Assembly (NCBI GenBank): GCA_020049855.1
Contig: JAGVLJ010000016.1
Location: forward strand, 5,603-69,602
Origin: Bacteroidia bacterium
GTDB lineage: Bacteria; Bacteroidota; Bacteroidia; UKL13-3
DNA length: 64,000 bases
Reading direction: 5' to 3'
Positions within the stretch are counted from its first letter, which is position 1. Every line of letters starts with the position of its first letter. The position numbers were made by a program, and so were the translations under genes. The notes beneath the pieces were generated by a model. That model saw only the letters and a list, made by a program, of their open reading frames with translations. It was not told the DNA's origin and made no database searches. Of this stretch, positions 49,235 to 59,788 are shown in pieces.

Positions 49235-50776
49235 TCAGTGAGCTTCCCGTTCAACTTTGTGTCGTGCTCTCATTTTCCTGGCATTCGTGTATCCGTATGA
49301 AATGTAAATAACTAACCCTACTACCATCCAGCCGATAGCGGTATTACGTGTTTCGGCTGGCAACCCTACGATCATCATGGAACAAACTAAAATACCAAGT
49401 ATAGGAATCAGCGGCACTAACGGGGTTTTAAAGGCACGTGGAACATGCGGATCGGTTTTACGCATAATCCAGACTCCTGCACTCACCAACACAAAAGCAA
49501 ACAAGGTTCCGATACTGGTTAAATCACCTGCAACTTCACCTGGAACAAATGCTGCAAACGCACCCACAAAAACAAAAAGGATAATATTGGATTTATAAGG
49601 CGTATGAAATGTTTTGTGCAAATCGGAAAATACTTTTGGCAGCAATCCGTCTTTCGACATGGAATAAAACACGCGCGATTGTCCCATGAGCATTACTAAA
49701 ATCACTGATGAAAATCCTGCAAGAATGGCTACTGTTACTGCCGTTCCAAGCCAACTGTACCCATGCATATAGTGCTGAATGGCATAGGCCACAGATGCTT
49801 CTTTCCCAGCCTTTACAAAGTCGGTATAAGGAGCAACTCCGGTTAACACATGAGAAAACAAAATATACAAAATAGTACAAATAACCAAAGAACCCAATAT
49901 ACCCACAGGCATATCTTTCTCCGGGTTTTTAGCTTCTTGGGCAGCTGTTGATACAGCATCGAAACCGATAAATGCAAAAAATACAATACCTGCACCGGTT
50001 ACAATTCCCGGCCACCCGTGTTTCCAGAAACCTTCATAGCCTGGTGTATTTTCGGGAATGATGTAAGGAGTATGGTTAGCCGGATTTATAAACTGCCATC
50101 CCACCACAATAAATACTAATGCGATTGCTACTTTGATAAACACAATAATGGCATTTACCACAGCCGACTCCTGTGTGCCTTTAATGAGTAGAGCCGAAAT
50201 ACCTAAAAGCACCAGCAAGGCAGGTAGGTTCATTACACCGTGATTCATGATTACATCGGAAGGCAGAACCTTTGAAACCGATACCATTAATTCTGTTCCG
50301 CCTTCGCCAATTCGTTTTACATAATGCTCAAAAGGCGAATGACACCATTCGTAAGGGATTACTCCTCCCAATAAATTATTCAGATACTCGCTCCAGGCAA
50401 TAGCCACTGTGGCTGCTCCCAATGCATACTCGAGTACTAATGCCCAACCCATTATCCAGGCCACCAGTTCGCCCATGGTCGCATAAGCGTATGTATAGGC
50501 ACTGCCTGCAATAGGAATCATGGACGCAAATTCGGCATAACATAACCCTGCAAAAGCACATCCCAAAGCGGCTATAACAAATGAAAGGGTAACTGCAGGC
50601 CCGGCATGTCCTCCGGCTGCTGCGGCTGTGCGCACAAATAACCCGGCACCTATAATCGCACCAATACCAAGCATAATCAGGTTGGTTCGGCCAAGGGTAC
50701 GTTTAAGGGTATGCCCTTCGGCATGTTTCATTAATTCTTTAAGCGGTTTGCGGTAAAAGAAACTTTGTAATGGCAT
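49235..50776 (-). CDS. APC-family amino acid permease
   Basis: It has 12-14 TM helices and the AA_permease signature (…SGSAYTYAYATMGELVAWIMGWALVLEY…). The start was set at the MPLQSF Met at 50776. Confidence 0.85.
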   Translation of the reverse strand: MPLQSFFYRKPLKELMKHAEGHTLKRTLGRTNLIMLGIGAIIGAGLFVRTAAAAGGHAGPAVTLSFVIAALGCAFAGLCYAEFASMIPIAGSAYTYAYATMGELVAWIMGWALVLEYALGAATVAIAWSEYLNNLLGGVIPYEWCHSPFEHYVKRIGEGGTELMVSVSKVLPSDVIMNHGVMNLPALLVLLGISALLIKGTQESAVVNAIIVFIKVAIALVFIVVGWQFINPANHTPYIIPENTPGYEGFWKHGWPGIVTGAGIVFFAFIGFDAVSTAAQEAKNPEKDMPVGILGSLVICTILYILFSHVLTGVAPYTDFVKAGKEASVAYAIQHYMHGYSWLGTAVTVAILAGFSSVILVMLMGQSRVFYSMSKDGLLPKVFSDLHKTFHTPYKSNIILFVFVGAFAAFVPGEVAGDLTSIGTLFAFVLVSAGVWIMRKTDPHVPRAFKTPLVPLIPILGILVCSMMIVGLPAETRNTAIGWMVVGLVIYISYGYTNARKMRARHKVEREAH

Positions 50777-50885
50777 ATGATGATGCTTTATATTTATGAA
50801 AATCAAATATCCGTTTTTATTCCTAAAATCAAACAGACAGGGTAAGTTTACCTCTAAACGTTTGCTTAATTAAGAATGGTGAAGT

Positions 50886-51287
50886 TTACAGGGCACCTTT
50901 ATCTACAGCAATTACTACCGGTACTTTCATTCGGTGAAGTTTATCCATAATCTTCATCATTTCATTTACCTCAATGCTTTTATCCATCCGCAGCACCACT
51001 GATGGTTTATCTTTCCCACGTATTTTGAGTGATAAAGTATTTTCAAATGAAGGCAAGCCCACTTCTTCATTTTCGATATAGTAACGTAAATCGGCAGTAA
51101 TAGAAACAGAAACGGGTGAAGAAGGGTTATCTCTGCCCGAGGTAGCATTGGGCAATAATAGTTTAATTGCGTTTGGACTGGCCAGAGTAGAAATAATCAA
51201 AAAGAACAACATCAGAAAGAACAGGATATCCGATAGCGCCCCGGCCTGTACTTCGGCATGAACATATTTTTTACGCCTGAAATTCAT
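50886..51287 (-). CDS. exbD: biopolymer transport protein ExbD/TolR
   Basis: It is 133 aa with a single N-terminal TM helix and the ExbD-family periplasmic domain. It overlaps the exbB stop. Confidence 0.8.
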   Translation of the reverse strand: MNFRRKKYVHAEVQAGALSDILFFLMLFFLIISTLASPNAIKLLLPNATSGRDNPSSPVSVSITADLRYYIENEEVGLPSFENTLSLKIRGKDKPSVVLRMDKSIEVNEMMKIMDKLHRMKVPVVIAVDKGAL

Positions 51288-51985
51288 GACTCGATGGGTT
51301 TATAGAGAATGTCAACAAACTCAATAGCGGTAACTTCCATCTTATTTACAGTACGCTCAATTTTTGCATTGAGGTAGGTATAGAAAATATAAGCAAGTAC
51401 TCCTACAATCAATCCCGAAGCGGAGGTAATCATTTTTACATAAATACCACTTGAAATAACCCCGATACTGATATTATCAGTTACCGAAATATCATAGAAA
51501 GCTTTTATCATTCCCACCACCGTACCAAGAAAACCAAACATGGGTGCAATGGCAGCAATGGCGGCTAGCAGACTCACATTTTTTTCCATTTTATATACCT
51601 CAACGCGCGCAGTGTTTTCAATGGCGTTTTCAATATCTCTGATAGGTGCTCCTACCCTTGATATTCCTTTGAGAATTAAATTTGAAAAGGGGGACGGAGT
51701 GCGATTGCAATAAGCAATACAAGCCTTTACATCATTTTTAACCAACATATCCCGGATATTATTAATCAGGTTACTGTCCATCTTACTGGCTTTATTGACG
51801 TAAAGCAGCCTTTCAATAAACAAATAAACTGAAGCAAGTGAAAGCACAAGAATGGGAAGCATCACTACCCCACCTTTCATTATTAAACTAAACACGGATA
51901 AACCCTCGGCTGCAGCTGGTGCAGCAGGTGACGGCTGACTGGCAACCGTTGTGGTAATCTGGACTAAAATATTCAGTAGTGCCAT
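51284..51985 (-). CDS. exbB: MotA/TolQ/ExbB proton-channel family protein
   Basis: It has three TM helices. The conserved C-terminal segment …AAIAAIAPMFGFLGTVVGMI…SGI…. is typical of ExbB/TolQ. Confidence 0.8.
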   Translation of the reverse strand: MALLNILVQITTTVASQPSPAAPAAAEGLSVFSLIMKGGVVMLPILVLSLASVYLFIERLLYVNKASKMDSNLINNIRDMLVKNDVKACIAYCNRTPSPFSNLILKGISRVGAPIRDIENAIENTARVEVYKMEKNVSLLAAIAAIAPMFGFLGTVVGMIKAFYDISVTDNISIGVISSGIYVKMITSASGLIVGVLAYIFYTYLNAKIERTVNKMEVTAIEFVDILYKPIES

Positions 51986-52061
51986 AACATGAATTAAATA
52001 TGTTCGATACTAAGAAAAAAATGTCCGGCAGGCTTCATTTAGTTTCCCACATGTGTGCACT

Positions 52062-52094
52062 AAAAAAGGGGAGCCTTGCGGGCTCCCCTTTTTT
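52062..52094. terminator. rho-independent (bidirectional) terminator downstream of secDF
   Basis: The sequence is aaaaaa-GGGGAGCC-ttgc-GGGCTCCCC-tttttt. It is a GC-rich 8-9 bp stem with an A-run and a T-run on either side. Confidence 0.7.
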
Positions 52095-52108
52095 AGTACG
52101 ATAACGGA

Positions 52109-55100
52109 CTATTTCGTTTCTTTCTTTTCAAAATCAACAACTACAGGTGTTGCGACACAAATAGAAGAATAAGTACCAACCACAATACCAATTAATAAAG
52201 CAAATGAAAATCCGCGAATGGTTTCGCCACCAAAAATAAAGATGGCCACCAATACGAAGAAAATGGTTAACGAAGTATTGATGGTACGGCTAAGTGTACT
52301 GTTCAAAGCGTAGTTAATTACCGTGTTTCGTTCATTTGTGTCTAAATCCGACTTGTTACGAATAGTTAGATACTCGCGAATACGGTCAAAAACCACCACG
52401 GTATCGGTCATGGAATAACCCATTACCGTAAGAATAGCTGCAATAAAGTGCTGATCAATTTCTAAAGAGAATGGAAGCAACCCGTCAAAAGCAAGGAATA
52501 TGGAAAGTACAATAAGTACATCGTGCAAAAGTGCCACTACAGCTCCTAAACCGTATTGCCATTTTTTGAATCGCAAAATGATGTACAGGAACATAATGAA
52601 GCATGAAATAATTACTGCCCAAACCGCCTTTGATTTGATATCGCCAGAAATGGTTTCACCCACTTTTTCCGAACTTACAATCTCATATTTCGGGTTTATT
52701 TTCTTGAGACCCTCATTTAGTTTGCCAGCTACTTTAGCCTCTGCGTCTGCCGAGTTATCCTGTATCAGATAAGCTGTTGTAATTTTTACCTGCTCACTCC
52801 CCCCATAGGTTTTCACCTCGGGTTCTTTGCCATCAAAAAATGGCCCCAATGCCTGACGAACATCGGTAGTAGGAATTGTTTTATCAAAGCGTACCACATA
52901 GGTACGACCTCCTTTAAAGTCAACCCCGAAATTAAATCCACCACGAATAAAGAAGAAGGTAATCCCAATAAGAATAATGAGAGAGGAGAAAGTATAATAC
53001 AACTTACGTTTTCCTACAAAGTCAATTTTAAAGTGGTCGTAAACATGTTGGGTGGTCTTGCGGTAAAAGGTTACATCGCGACCCTTTTCCAACATATTAT
53101 CGAATATAATTCGGGTGATAAAGATGGCGCAGAATAACGAAGTAAGAATACCGATGATAAGCGTGGTGGCAAAACCCTGAATAGGGCCTGTACCAAACAC
53201 ATAGAGTACAATACCCAGCAATAAGGTAGTAATGTTTGAATCGAGAATAGAAGACATGGCATGGGCATACCCTTCGGAAACTGCATTTTTCAACGACTTT
53301 CCATGATGCCCCATTTCCTCACGTATACGCTCAAATATGAGAATGTTCGCATCAACCGACATCCCTATAGTAAGCACTACGCCCGCAATACCCGGTAAAG
53401 TTAAAACTGCACCAAGAGATGCAAGCACCCCAATTACAAAAAACACATTGACGAATAGGGCAATGTCAGCCACCCATCCGGCTTTGTTATAGTAGAATCC
53501 CATAAACACCAATACCAAAACGAGGGCGATGGCAAAGGAAGAAAATCCGGAACTTATGGCTTCTTGCCCCAATGTTGGTCCTACCACCGCTTCAGCCACA
53601 ATACGGGTTGGAGCAGGCAGTTTACCGGATTTCAGAATATTGGCCAGATCATCCGCTTCCTTAGTTGTAAAGTTCCCGGAAATGCTCGAATGTCCATTAG
53701 GGATTTCACTTTGAACGGTAGGTGCTGAATACACTCTGTCGTCAAGCACAATAGCCACACATCTACCAATATTGGCACCTGTAACTTTTTTCCATTGTCG
53801 GGCACCAGAGGTATTCATGGTCATCGAAATCTCTACGTTTCCCGATTGCGAAATATCTTTACGTGCGTCAGTAACCACATCACCTTCTAAAGCTGCGCCA
53901 CCTGTTTTGCTGAATTTGATGGCATGCAAACGAAGGATTTCCTCATTTTTACCTAACCCTTTAGCTTCCCACAGAAATTTAATGGTTGAAGGTAGTGCGT
54001 TTAATACTTCAGGAGTATTGAGGTAAGCATTAATTTTTGCAGTATCTTTAATAAGAGCCGAACCAACAATGGAACCTTTTACCAGTTCGGTACGGTTTTC
54101 ATTTGTTGCTGGAATAAGCAACGTGTAAAGTAATGGGTTTTCTTTGATTAACTGTTCTTGAGATTTTTTATCGGAAGAGTCTTTACCGACCTTGCTGGTA
54201 TCAGAGGCTGCTGCAGTTAAATCAGTTAATTTTTTGCTGCTATCAGAGGCTGCTTTATTGGTTTGTAACAATTCCAAACCTTCACTTGATGATTTACTGC
54301 TATCGAGTACCTCAACGGTAGCTTCTTTTTTGCCGCTCAACTCCTTTGATGCTTTGAGTTTAGCAATGGTGGTGTTTGCCGTTTGCAAATAGCCAAAAGC
54401 TTCGGTATTGTCATAGGTTTCCCAAAATTGCAGGCGAGCCGAACCTTGTAACAATTTACGCACACGCTCAGGATTATCTACACCGGGTAACTCAACCAGA
54501 ATACGACCAGAATTACCTAACTTCTGAATATTTGGCTGTGTTACCCCGAATTTGTCGATACGTGCACGTAATATCTGAAACGAGCGATCAATAGCCTGAT
54601 CCGCCTCACCCGAAATAAATTTGAGCACTTCGGCATTGGTTGATGTGTAACTTACCTTATCTTTATTTTCTTTAGTGGCAAAAATGGTGGCCAGTTTACC
54701 GCCCGGGTTCAACTCGGCATACGCTTCCCCAAATAAGGTTACGTAATCTTTCTGACTTGTTTTTAATTTTTCATTGGCATTCGCCAATGCTTTGTTAAAA
54801 ATTGGATCCTGGTTATTATTAGATAACGCAAGCACTAGATCCGACAAAGACACTTCAAGGGTAACATTCATTCCACCTTGTAAGTCAAGACCCAGATTAA
54901 GTTCGCGTTCTTTACAATCCAGGTAGGTAAAGCTCATCAACACGGGCTCGCGGGCAATAGAGTCAATAAATGCTCTTTCTTTAGCCTTGTCTCCTTTGGC
55001 GTAGGCCTTGGCTTTACTTTCAATCTGGTTTGTTTTCCAGGTAAAGATCAATTGGTACGCGCAAACGAGTGCGAGTGCGATGGCAAATACCTTTACTACT

Positions 55101-55114
55101 CCTGTACTTTTCAT
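52109..55114 (-). CDS. secDF: protein translocase subunit SecDF (fused SecD-SecF)
   Basis: Its 1001 aa have an N-terminal TM helix, a large periplasmic domain, six TM helices (SecD), a second periplasmic domain and six more TM helices (SecF). The conserved segments are GLDLQGG… and …FDRIRE…. Confidence 0.9.
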   Translation of the reverse strand: MKSTGVVKVFAIALALVCAYQLIFTWKTNQIESKAKAYAKGDKAKERAFIDSIAREPVLMSFTYLDCKERELNLGLDLQGGMNVTLEVSLSDLVLALSNNNQDPIFNKALANANEKLKTSQKDYVTLFGEAYAELNPGGKLATIFATKENKDKVSYTSTNAEVLKFISGEADQAIDRSFQILRARIDKFGVTQPNIQKLGNSGRILVELPGVDNPERVRKLLQGSARLQFWETYDNTEAFGYLQTANTTIAKLKASKELSGKKEATVEVLDSSKSSSEGLELLQTNKAASDSSKKLTDLTAAASDTSKVGKDSSDKKSQEQLIKENPLLYTLLIPATNENRTELVKGSIVGSALIKDTAKINAYLNTPEVLNALPSTIKFLWEAKGLGKNEEILRLHAIKFSKTGGAALEGDVVTDARKDISQSGNVEISMTMNTSGARQWKKVTGANIGRCVAIVLDDRVYSAPTVQSEIPNGHSSISGNFTTKEADDLANILKSGKLPAPTRIVAEAVVGPTLGQEAISSGFSSFAIALVLVLVFMGFYYNKAGWVADIALFVNVFFVIGVLASLGAVLTLPGIAGVVLTIGMSVDANILIFERIREEMGHHGKSLKNAVSEGYAHAMSSILDSNITTLLLGIVLYVFGTGPIQGFATTLIIGILTSLFCAIFITRIIFDNMLEKGRDVTFYRKTTQHVYDHFKIDFVGKRKLYYTFSSLIILIGITFFFIRGGFNFGVDFKGGRTYVVRFDKTIPTTDVRQALGPFFDGKEPEVKTYGGSEQVKITTAYLIQDNSADAEAKVAGKLNEGLKKINPKYEIVSSEKVGETISGDIKSKAVWAVIISCFIMFLYIILRFKKWQYGLGAVVALLHDVLIVLSIFLAFDGLLPFSLEIDQHFIAAILTVMGYSMTDTVVVFDRIREYLTIRNKSDLDTNERNTVINYALNSTLSRTINTSLTIFFVLVAIFIFGGETIRGFSFALLIGIVVGTYSSICVATPVVVDFEKKETK

Positions 55115-55229
55115 TGTATCGCTTTGATTTTATTTAATTTCTTGTGTATGGTCAGTTTTACGAAGCGGCAAATATATACGCTGAGGCCGACTTTTCAAAA
55201 AGAGGAAATTTGCCTCGAAAACAGGTACT

Positions 55230-55643
55230 TCAGGCTTTCGGATTTAAACTCACCAGAAAGACAGTAGTTTTATTTCGGTCTCGTCCATACCTGAATTTCT
55301 CTAACGCTTCTTCAATACTACGACCGTGGAAATACGAGGTGCGCACTTCTTTCTCACCCAGAGGGGTCCATTGAATGGTGTAGGAATCAGACTGATCGCG
55401 GTAATGGCGCGTGTATTCAAGTGCTTTGTTCAATACATCTAATTTAGTTACCCCAACTGCGGTAAAAAATAAAAACATCTGGTTATACCGTGGATTGATG
55501 GTTTCAATATTCAATTGCACATTCCCAAAATCGTTGTGGTAATTAAAATTAACCCGATGGTTGGTATCCTGTCCGAGCATTTCAATTATTTCTTTTTCAA
55601 TGGCTAATGCCCTAAGAGTCTCTTCGGCAGTTAATTCTTTCAT
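55230..55643 (-). CDS. hypothetical small protein, translationally coupled to udk
   Basis: This 137-aa ORF has a start that overlaps the udk stop (ATGA). I recognise no motifs. Confidence 0.35.
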   Translation of the reverse strand: MKELTAEETLRALAIEKEIIEMLGQDTNHRVNFNYHNDFGNVQLNIETINPRYNQMFLFFTAVGVTKLDVLNKALEYTRHYRDQSDSYTIQWTPLGEKEVRTSYFHGRSIEEALEKFRYGRDRNKTTVFLVSLNPKA

Positions 55644-56275
55644 TGTACGGGGGGGGAATCGGATTGAATGAGTGAAGTAAAATGTTTTTTTAGTATCTGC
55701 AGGCTGTTTTGAAAATGTTCATTGTTATTAATAATCATATCGGCTGCATGCTTAAACGGAAGCAGGTATTTTTCATACGCTGGCAATACATGGTTGTGCC
55801 ACTGATATAAAACAAGGTCGTGCGAAATGCCACGCTCGGTGGTGTCGCGTCTTAGTCGTCTTTCAAGTTTTATATCATCGGCAGCATCAATAAATACCTT
55901 TAAATCGAGCATCTTAAAAATTTCTTCAAACCAAAAAATAAACAATCCTTCTATCACAATGATACGGGCAGGTTCAAAACGCACTACCCCGGCTTCCATA
56001 TTTTCATTCTGATATAAATACTCTTTGCGCTCAATAACCTTACCTGCTTTTAACAATTGTAAATCATTAATAAATTGTATATAATCAATACTTTCTGGTA
56101 AATCAAAATTTACCTTCCCATTTACATCGTAGATATGTTTTGAAGGCGGATGGTAATAATGATCCTGCGAAATAATACACAAGTCGCTTACCAAGAAAGC
56201 CTCTTTCAACGAAATAAGAAAACTTGTTTTGCCTGAGGCACTTCCGCCAGTTATCCCTACTAAATACGATTGCAC
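55640..56275 (-). CDS. udk: uridine kinase
   Basis: The P-loop is GITGGSASGKTS, followed by …IIVIEGLF…. Together with the length of 211 aa, these match Udk. Confidence 0.85.
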   Translation of the reverse strand: MQSYLVGITGGSASGKTSFLISLKEAFLVSDLCIISQDHYYHPPSKHIYDVNGKVNFDLPESIDYIQFINDLQLLKAGKVIERKEYLYQNENMEAGVVRFEPARIIVIEGLFIFWFEEIFKMLDLKVFIDAADDIKLERRLRRDTTERGISHDLVLYQWHNHVLPAYEKYLLPFKHAADMIINNNEHFQNSLQILKKHFTSLIQSDSPPVQ

Positions 56276-56514
56276 TTTGTTGTTTCTTATCGGTAAAGGT
56301 CACAAATTTAGCCTTTCAAACCATCTTTCCCAATTGGGTGTACTCACCATTCGCCCTTTGCCCTATATCAACTTCCATTCGTCCGCAGTTTTTGTCGTTT
56401 CAATTTACTTATCAGGTCTTTAATTAATAAAAAATGTAAACTTGAGAAACTTTTTAAATATTTTTTGTTTCCAAAGTATTTTTCTTGTTACCTTTGCTCC
56501 CGATTTTAGTACAC

Positions 56515-57132
56515 ATGAGTCCAACAGAAGAAAAAATTATAGTTAGTTCAAAGTCATTATTTATGAGATATGGCATTAAAAGCATCACCATGGATGATGT
56601 AGCCCGCGAGCTTGCCATTTCGAAAAAAACGCTATACCAGTATTTCAGCGATAAAAACGATCTGGTAACAAAAGTATTGACGCATCATCTTGATATTATC
56701 AGCAATGAATGCATCAAAACGTTTGTAGAAACAGCCAACCCCATTGACCAAATGCTTGCAATGAGCAGACAAAGGGCGGAAGACATGAGCAGCATGAATC
56801 CAGCCCTGTTATACGATTTAAAAAAGTACTATCCTGAAAGTTGGACAGAACTGGAAAAATACAAAACAGAATTTATTTACAACCACATTGTAGCTAACAT
56901 ACAAAAGGGTATTGAAGGTGGCTGGTATCACAACCATATCAAAACAGATATTATAGCACACATCTACGTTCATCTGGTGGATATAATGATAAGCAATGGG
57001 GATGAACTGAAAAAAAACTACAACCAAAAAGAACTTCATCTTAGTGTTATCACATACCACTTGCATGCGGTATGCACTAAAAAAGGACTTGACCATTTGA
57101 ACAAACGTTTAACCGAAAAGAATCACCAATGA
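56515..57132 (+). CDS. TetR/AcrR-family transcriptional regulator (likely repressor of the downstream efflux operon)
   Basis: The N-terminal helix-turn-helix is …LFMRYGIKSITMDDVARELAISKKTLYQYFSDKNDL. Its stop overlaps the TolC-family gene start. Confidence 0.8.
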   Translation: MSPTEEKIIVSSKSLFMRYGIKSITMDDVARELAISKKTLYQYFSDKNDLVTKVLTHHLDIISNECIKTFVETANPIDQMLAMSRQRAEDMSSMNPALLYDLKKYYPESWTELEKYKTEFIYNHIVANIQKGIEGGWYHNHIKTDIIAHIYVHLVDIMISNGDELKKNYNQKELHLSVITYHLHAVCTKKGLDHLNKRLTEKNHQ

Positions 57133-58574
57133 AAAAATACATGTATAGATCACTCCTCTCCTTTTTATTTTCTGCCCTCTTTTGGCAACAGACACTGGCA
57201 CAAAAAGACACCAGCATGAACTTTAGCCTGAAGCAGGCAGTGGAGTATGCCAAAAGCAATAGCTATATAGTGAAAAATGCAAAACTTGATGAAAAAAATG
57301 CGAAAGCTAAAGTAAAAGAAACGCTTGCCACTGGTTTGCCGCAGGTAAATGGCGCAGTAAATTTCAATAAAAATTTCCAACTTACTCCCTTCTATTTTAA
57401 CCTTAATCTTTCAAGTTTTACCAATTCCCTCACTCCGGCCTATGAAGCCCTACTTAAAGGCGGTCTAATTGATACTGCAACATTGTTAGGCTTATCATCA
57501 TCGCCAGGTGAAAAAGGATCAGTAACGAGAGCAGGTGCAAATATTACCGGTAATGCCAATATTACCGTAAATCAGTTGTTGTTCGATGGCTCCTATCTGG
57601 TAGGATTACAAGCCTCAAAAGAATTTGTAAAGCTATCCCAACAATTTTCAGCTAAAACAGAACAGGATGCCGAAATTAATGTCTCCAAATCATATTATCT
57701 GGTTTTGATTGCTGAAGAAAATATTTCGCTGCTTGAAAGTAATCTGTCGCAATTAGAGAAAACATTAAAAGACACCCGAGCTTTATATGTCAATGGCTTT
57801 GTTGAAAAAACAGATGTTGACCGATTGGAACTAGCTGTGTCGAATCTGAAACTGCAGAGAGATAAACTGCACGACCAAAAAGAAATTGCAACTAAACTGC
57901 TAAAAATGCAAATGGGCATTCAAGTAAATGAGCCAATTTATTTAACTGATAAACTCGAAGACTTATACAAAAACAACCTCGTGCTTACCGAAAAAGTTAC
58001 CCCTAACCCTTCAAACCGAATCGAGTACCAGCTACTAAATCAACAAGTGTATTTGAATAAATTAAATATGAAACGTTACCGCACAGGTTTTTTACCTACC
58101 CTTTCTGCCGTTTACAATATTGCTGGAAGCTCGTACCGCGATGCTAACTTTAATCCGCTTACCAAATTTGGCTGGTATTCATCTTCATTTGTAGGAGTCA
58201 GTATGAGTGTTCCACTATTTGACGGATTCAGAAAACAGTCGTGGATGCAACAAACGCATATTACCTTAGACAAACTCGAAAACGACAAAAAGAATTTTGA
58301 AAATGCAGTAGCCCTTGAAACTTATCAGGCACAAACCAATTATGAGAGTTCCATAAAACAAACTGAAATACGTAAAAGCAATATGAAACTGGCCGAAAAT
58401 ATTTATGCAAGCGTAAGCGCAAAATTCAAGAACGGGGTGGGCTCTTCATTTGAGCTAACACAGGCCGAAACCGAACTAAAAACAGCTCAAATAAATTACC
58501 TTACGGCTATTTACGATTTAATGGTAGCTCGCATTGAATTAAATAAAGCTCTGGGAAAACCTGTTTTAAATTAA
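57129..58574 (+). CDS. TolC-family outer-membrane efflux protein
   Basis: It has a signal peptide and two OEP repeats with coiled-coil segments. The start overlaps the TetR stop. Confidence 0.85.
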   Translation: MKKYMYRSLLSFLFSALFWQQTLAQKDTSMNFSLKQAVEYAKSNSYIVKNAKLDEKNAKAKVKETLATGLPQVNGAVNFNKNFQLTPFYFNLNLSSFTNSLTPAYEALLKGGLIDTATLLGLSSSPGEKGSVTRAGANITGNANITVNQLLFDGSYLVGLQASKEFVKLSQQFSAKTEQDAEINVSKSYYLVLIAEENISLLESNLSQLEKTLKDTRALYVNGFVEKTDVDRLELAVSNLKLQRDKLHDQKEIATKLLKMQMGIQVNEPIYLTDKLEDLYKNNLVLTEKVTPNPSNRIEYQLLNQQVYLNKLNMKRYRTGFLPTLSAVYNIAGSSYRDANFNPLTKFGWYSSSFVGVSMSVPLFDGFRKQSWMQQTHITLDKLENDKKNFENAVALETYQAQTNYESSIKQTEIRKSNMKLAENIYASVSAKFKNGVGSSFELTQAETELKTAQINYLTAIYDLMVARIELNKALGKPVLN

Positions 58575-58584
58575 TCAAAAAATT

Positions 58585-59754
58585 ATGAATTATAATACAA
58601 ATATTACCTCAATGAAATCAAATATAAACTACATACTTTCAGGCTTTGCTCTTATCGGTATGTTTGCCCTCAATTCATGCGGAAGCAAGAATTCGCTCGA
58701 CCAGAAGAAGAAGGAACTAGAAAAACTTAAAAGCGAGCAAACATTGCTGAATGAAAAAATTAAAAAACTGGTTGCCGATATTTCTATACTTGATACCACT
58801 GCCGTAAAAAGCCATAGAGAAAAAATTGTTGCCGTAACTAAAATTGAACAAAGCTATTTTCAACATAGCATTGATGTACAAGGCCGCGTTGACGGTGATG
58901 AAAACATTGCCATCAGTGCCAAAATGGGTGGGCCCGTAACTCGTTTAAATGTTCGCGTGGGCGATATGGTTCACAAAGACCAGATACTTGCCGAAATTGA
59001 CAATAAACTGGTACGTACACAAATTGCCGATATAAAAGATAAACTGGCACTTGCTACCGATTTATACAATAAACAAAAAAACTTATGGGATCAGAAAATT
59101 GGTACTGAAGTACAATACCTTCAAGCCAAAAATCAGAAGGAAAGCTTAGAAAATGCGCTGGCCACCCTAAACGAAAATCTGGATATGTACCTGATTAAGT
59201 CTCCCATTAGCGGAACGATTGATAACCTTACTATCAAACTGGGTCAATCGGTAGCACCAGGCATGCCCTGCATACAGGTAGTAAATTTTGGCAGCCTTAA
59301 AGTAAAAGCCGATTTATCTGAATCCTATTCGGCCAATGTAGATCAAGGAGACGATGCCGAAATAGTATTTCCGGATATTAACCGCACCCTTAAATCTAAA
59401 GTTGATTACGTAGCCAAAGCCATTAACCCCATGACCCGAACATTTGGAGTGGAGATAACGCTTCCGTCCGATAATAATTTTCGCCCGAATATGGTGGCCG
59501 TAGTACGCATTGTTGATTACAAAAAAACAAATGCTCTGGTGATACCCATTAATGCCATTCAAACTGCCGATGGAAAGCAATACGTTTTTGTAGCGGTTCA
59601 AAAAGGTAAAACCATTGTAGCCCAAAAACGTGATGTAAAAGCCGGGCCAATGTACAATGGGAAAGCAGAAATAATTGAAGGATTAAATCCCGGAGATCAG
59701 TTGATAAGTACCGGTTATCAGGACTTGAACGATAACGAAATAATTCGTTTCTAA
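58585..59754 (+). CDS. efflux RND transporter periplasmic adaptor subunit (HlyD/MFP family)
   Basis: There is a lipobox (…ALNSCGS). The coiled-coil hairpin, the beta-barrel and the membrane-proximal domain follow the AcrA/MexA pattern. Confidence 0.85.
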   Translation: MNYNTNITSMKSNINYILSGFALIGMFALNSCGSKNSLDQKKKELEKLKSEQTLLNEKIKKLVADISILDTTAVKSHREKIVAVTKIEQSYFQHSIDVQGRVDGDENIAISAKMGGPVTRLNVRVGDMVHKDQILAEIDNKLVRTQIADIKDKLALATDLYNKQKNLWDQKIGTEVQYLQAKNQKESLENALATLNENLDMYLIKSPISGTIDNLTIKLGQSVAPGMPCIQVVNFGSLKVKADLSESYSANVDQGDDAEIVFPDINRTLKSKVDYVAKAINPMTRTFGVEITLPSDNNFRPNMVAVVRIVDYKKTNALVIPINAIQTADGKQYVFVAVQKGKTIVAQKRDVKAGPMYNGKAEIIEGLNPGDQLISTGYQDLNDNEIIRF

Positions 59755-59788
59755 CAAAGGCTTTCAACCATTAATAAATTTAAAAGCC

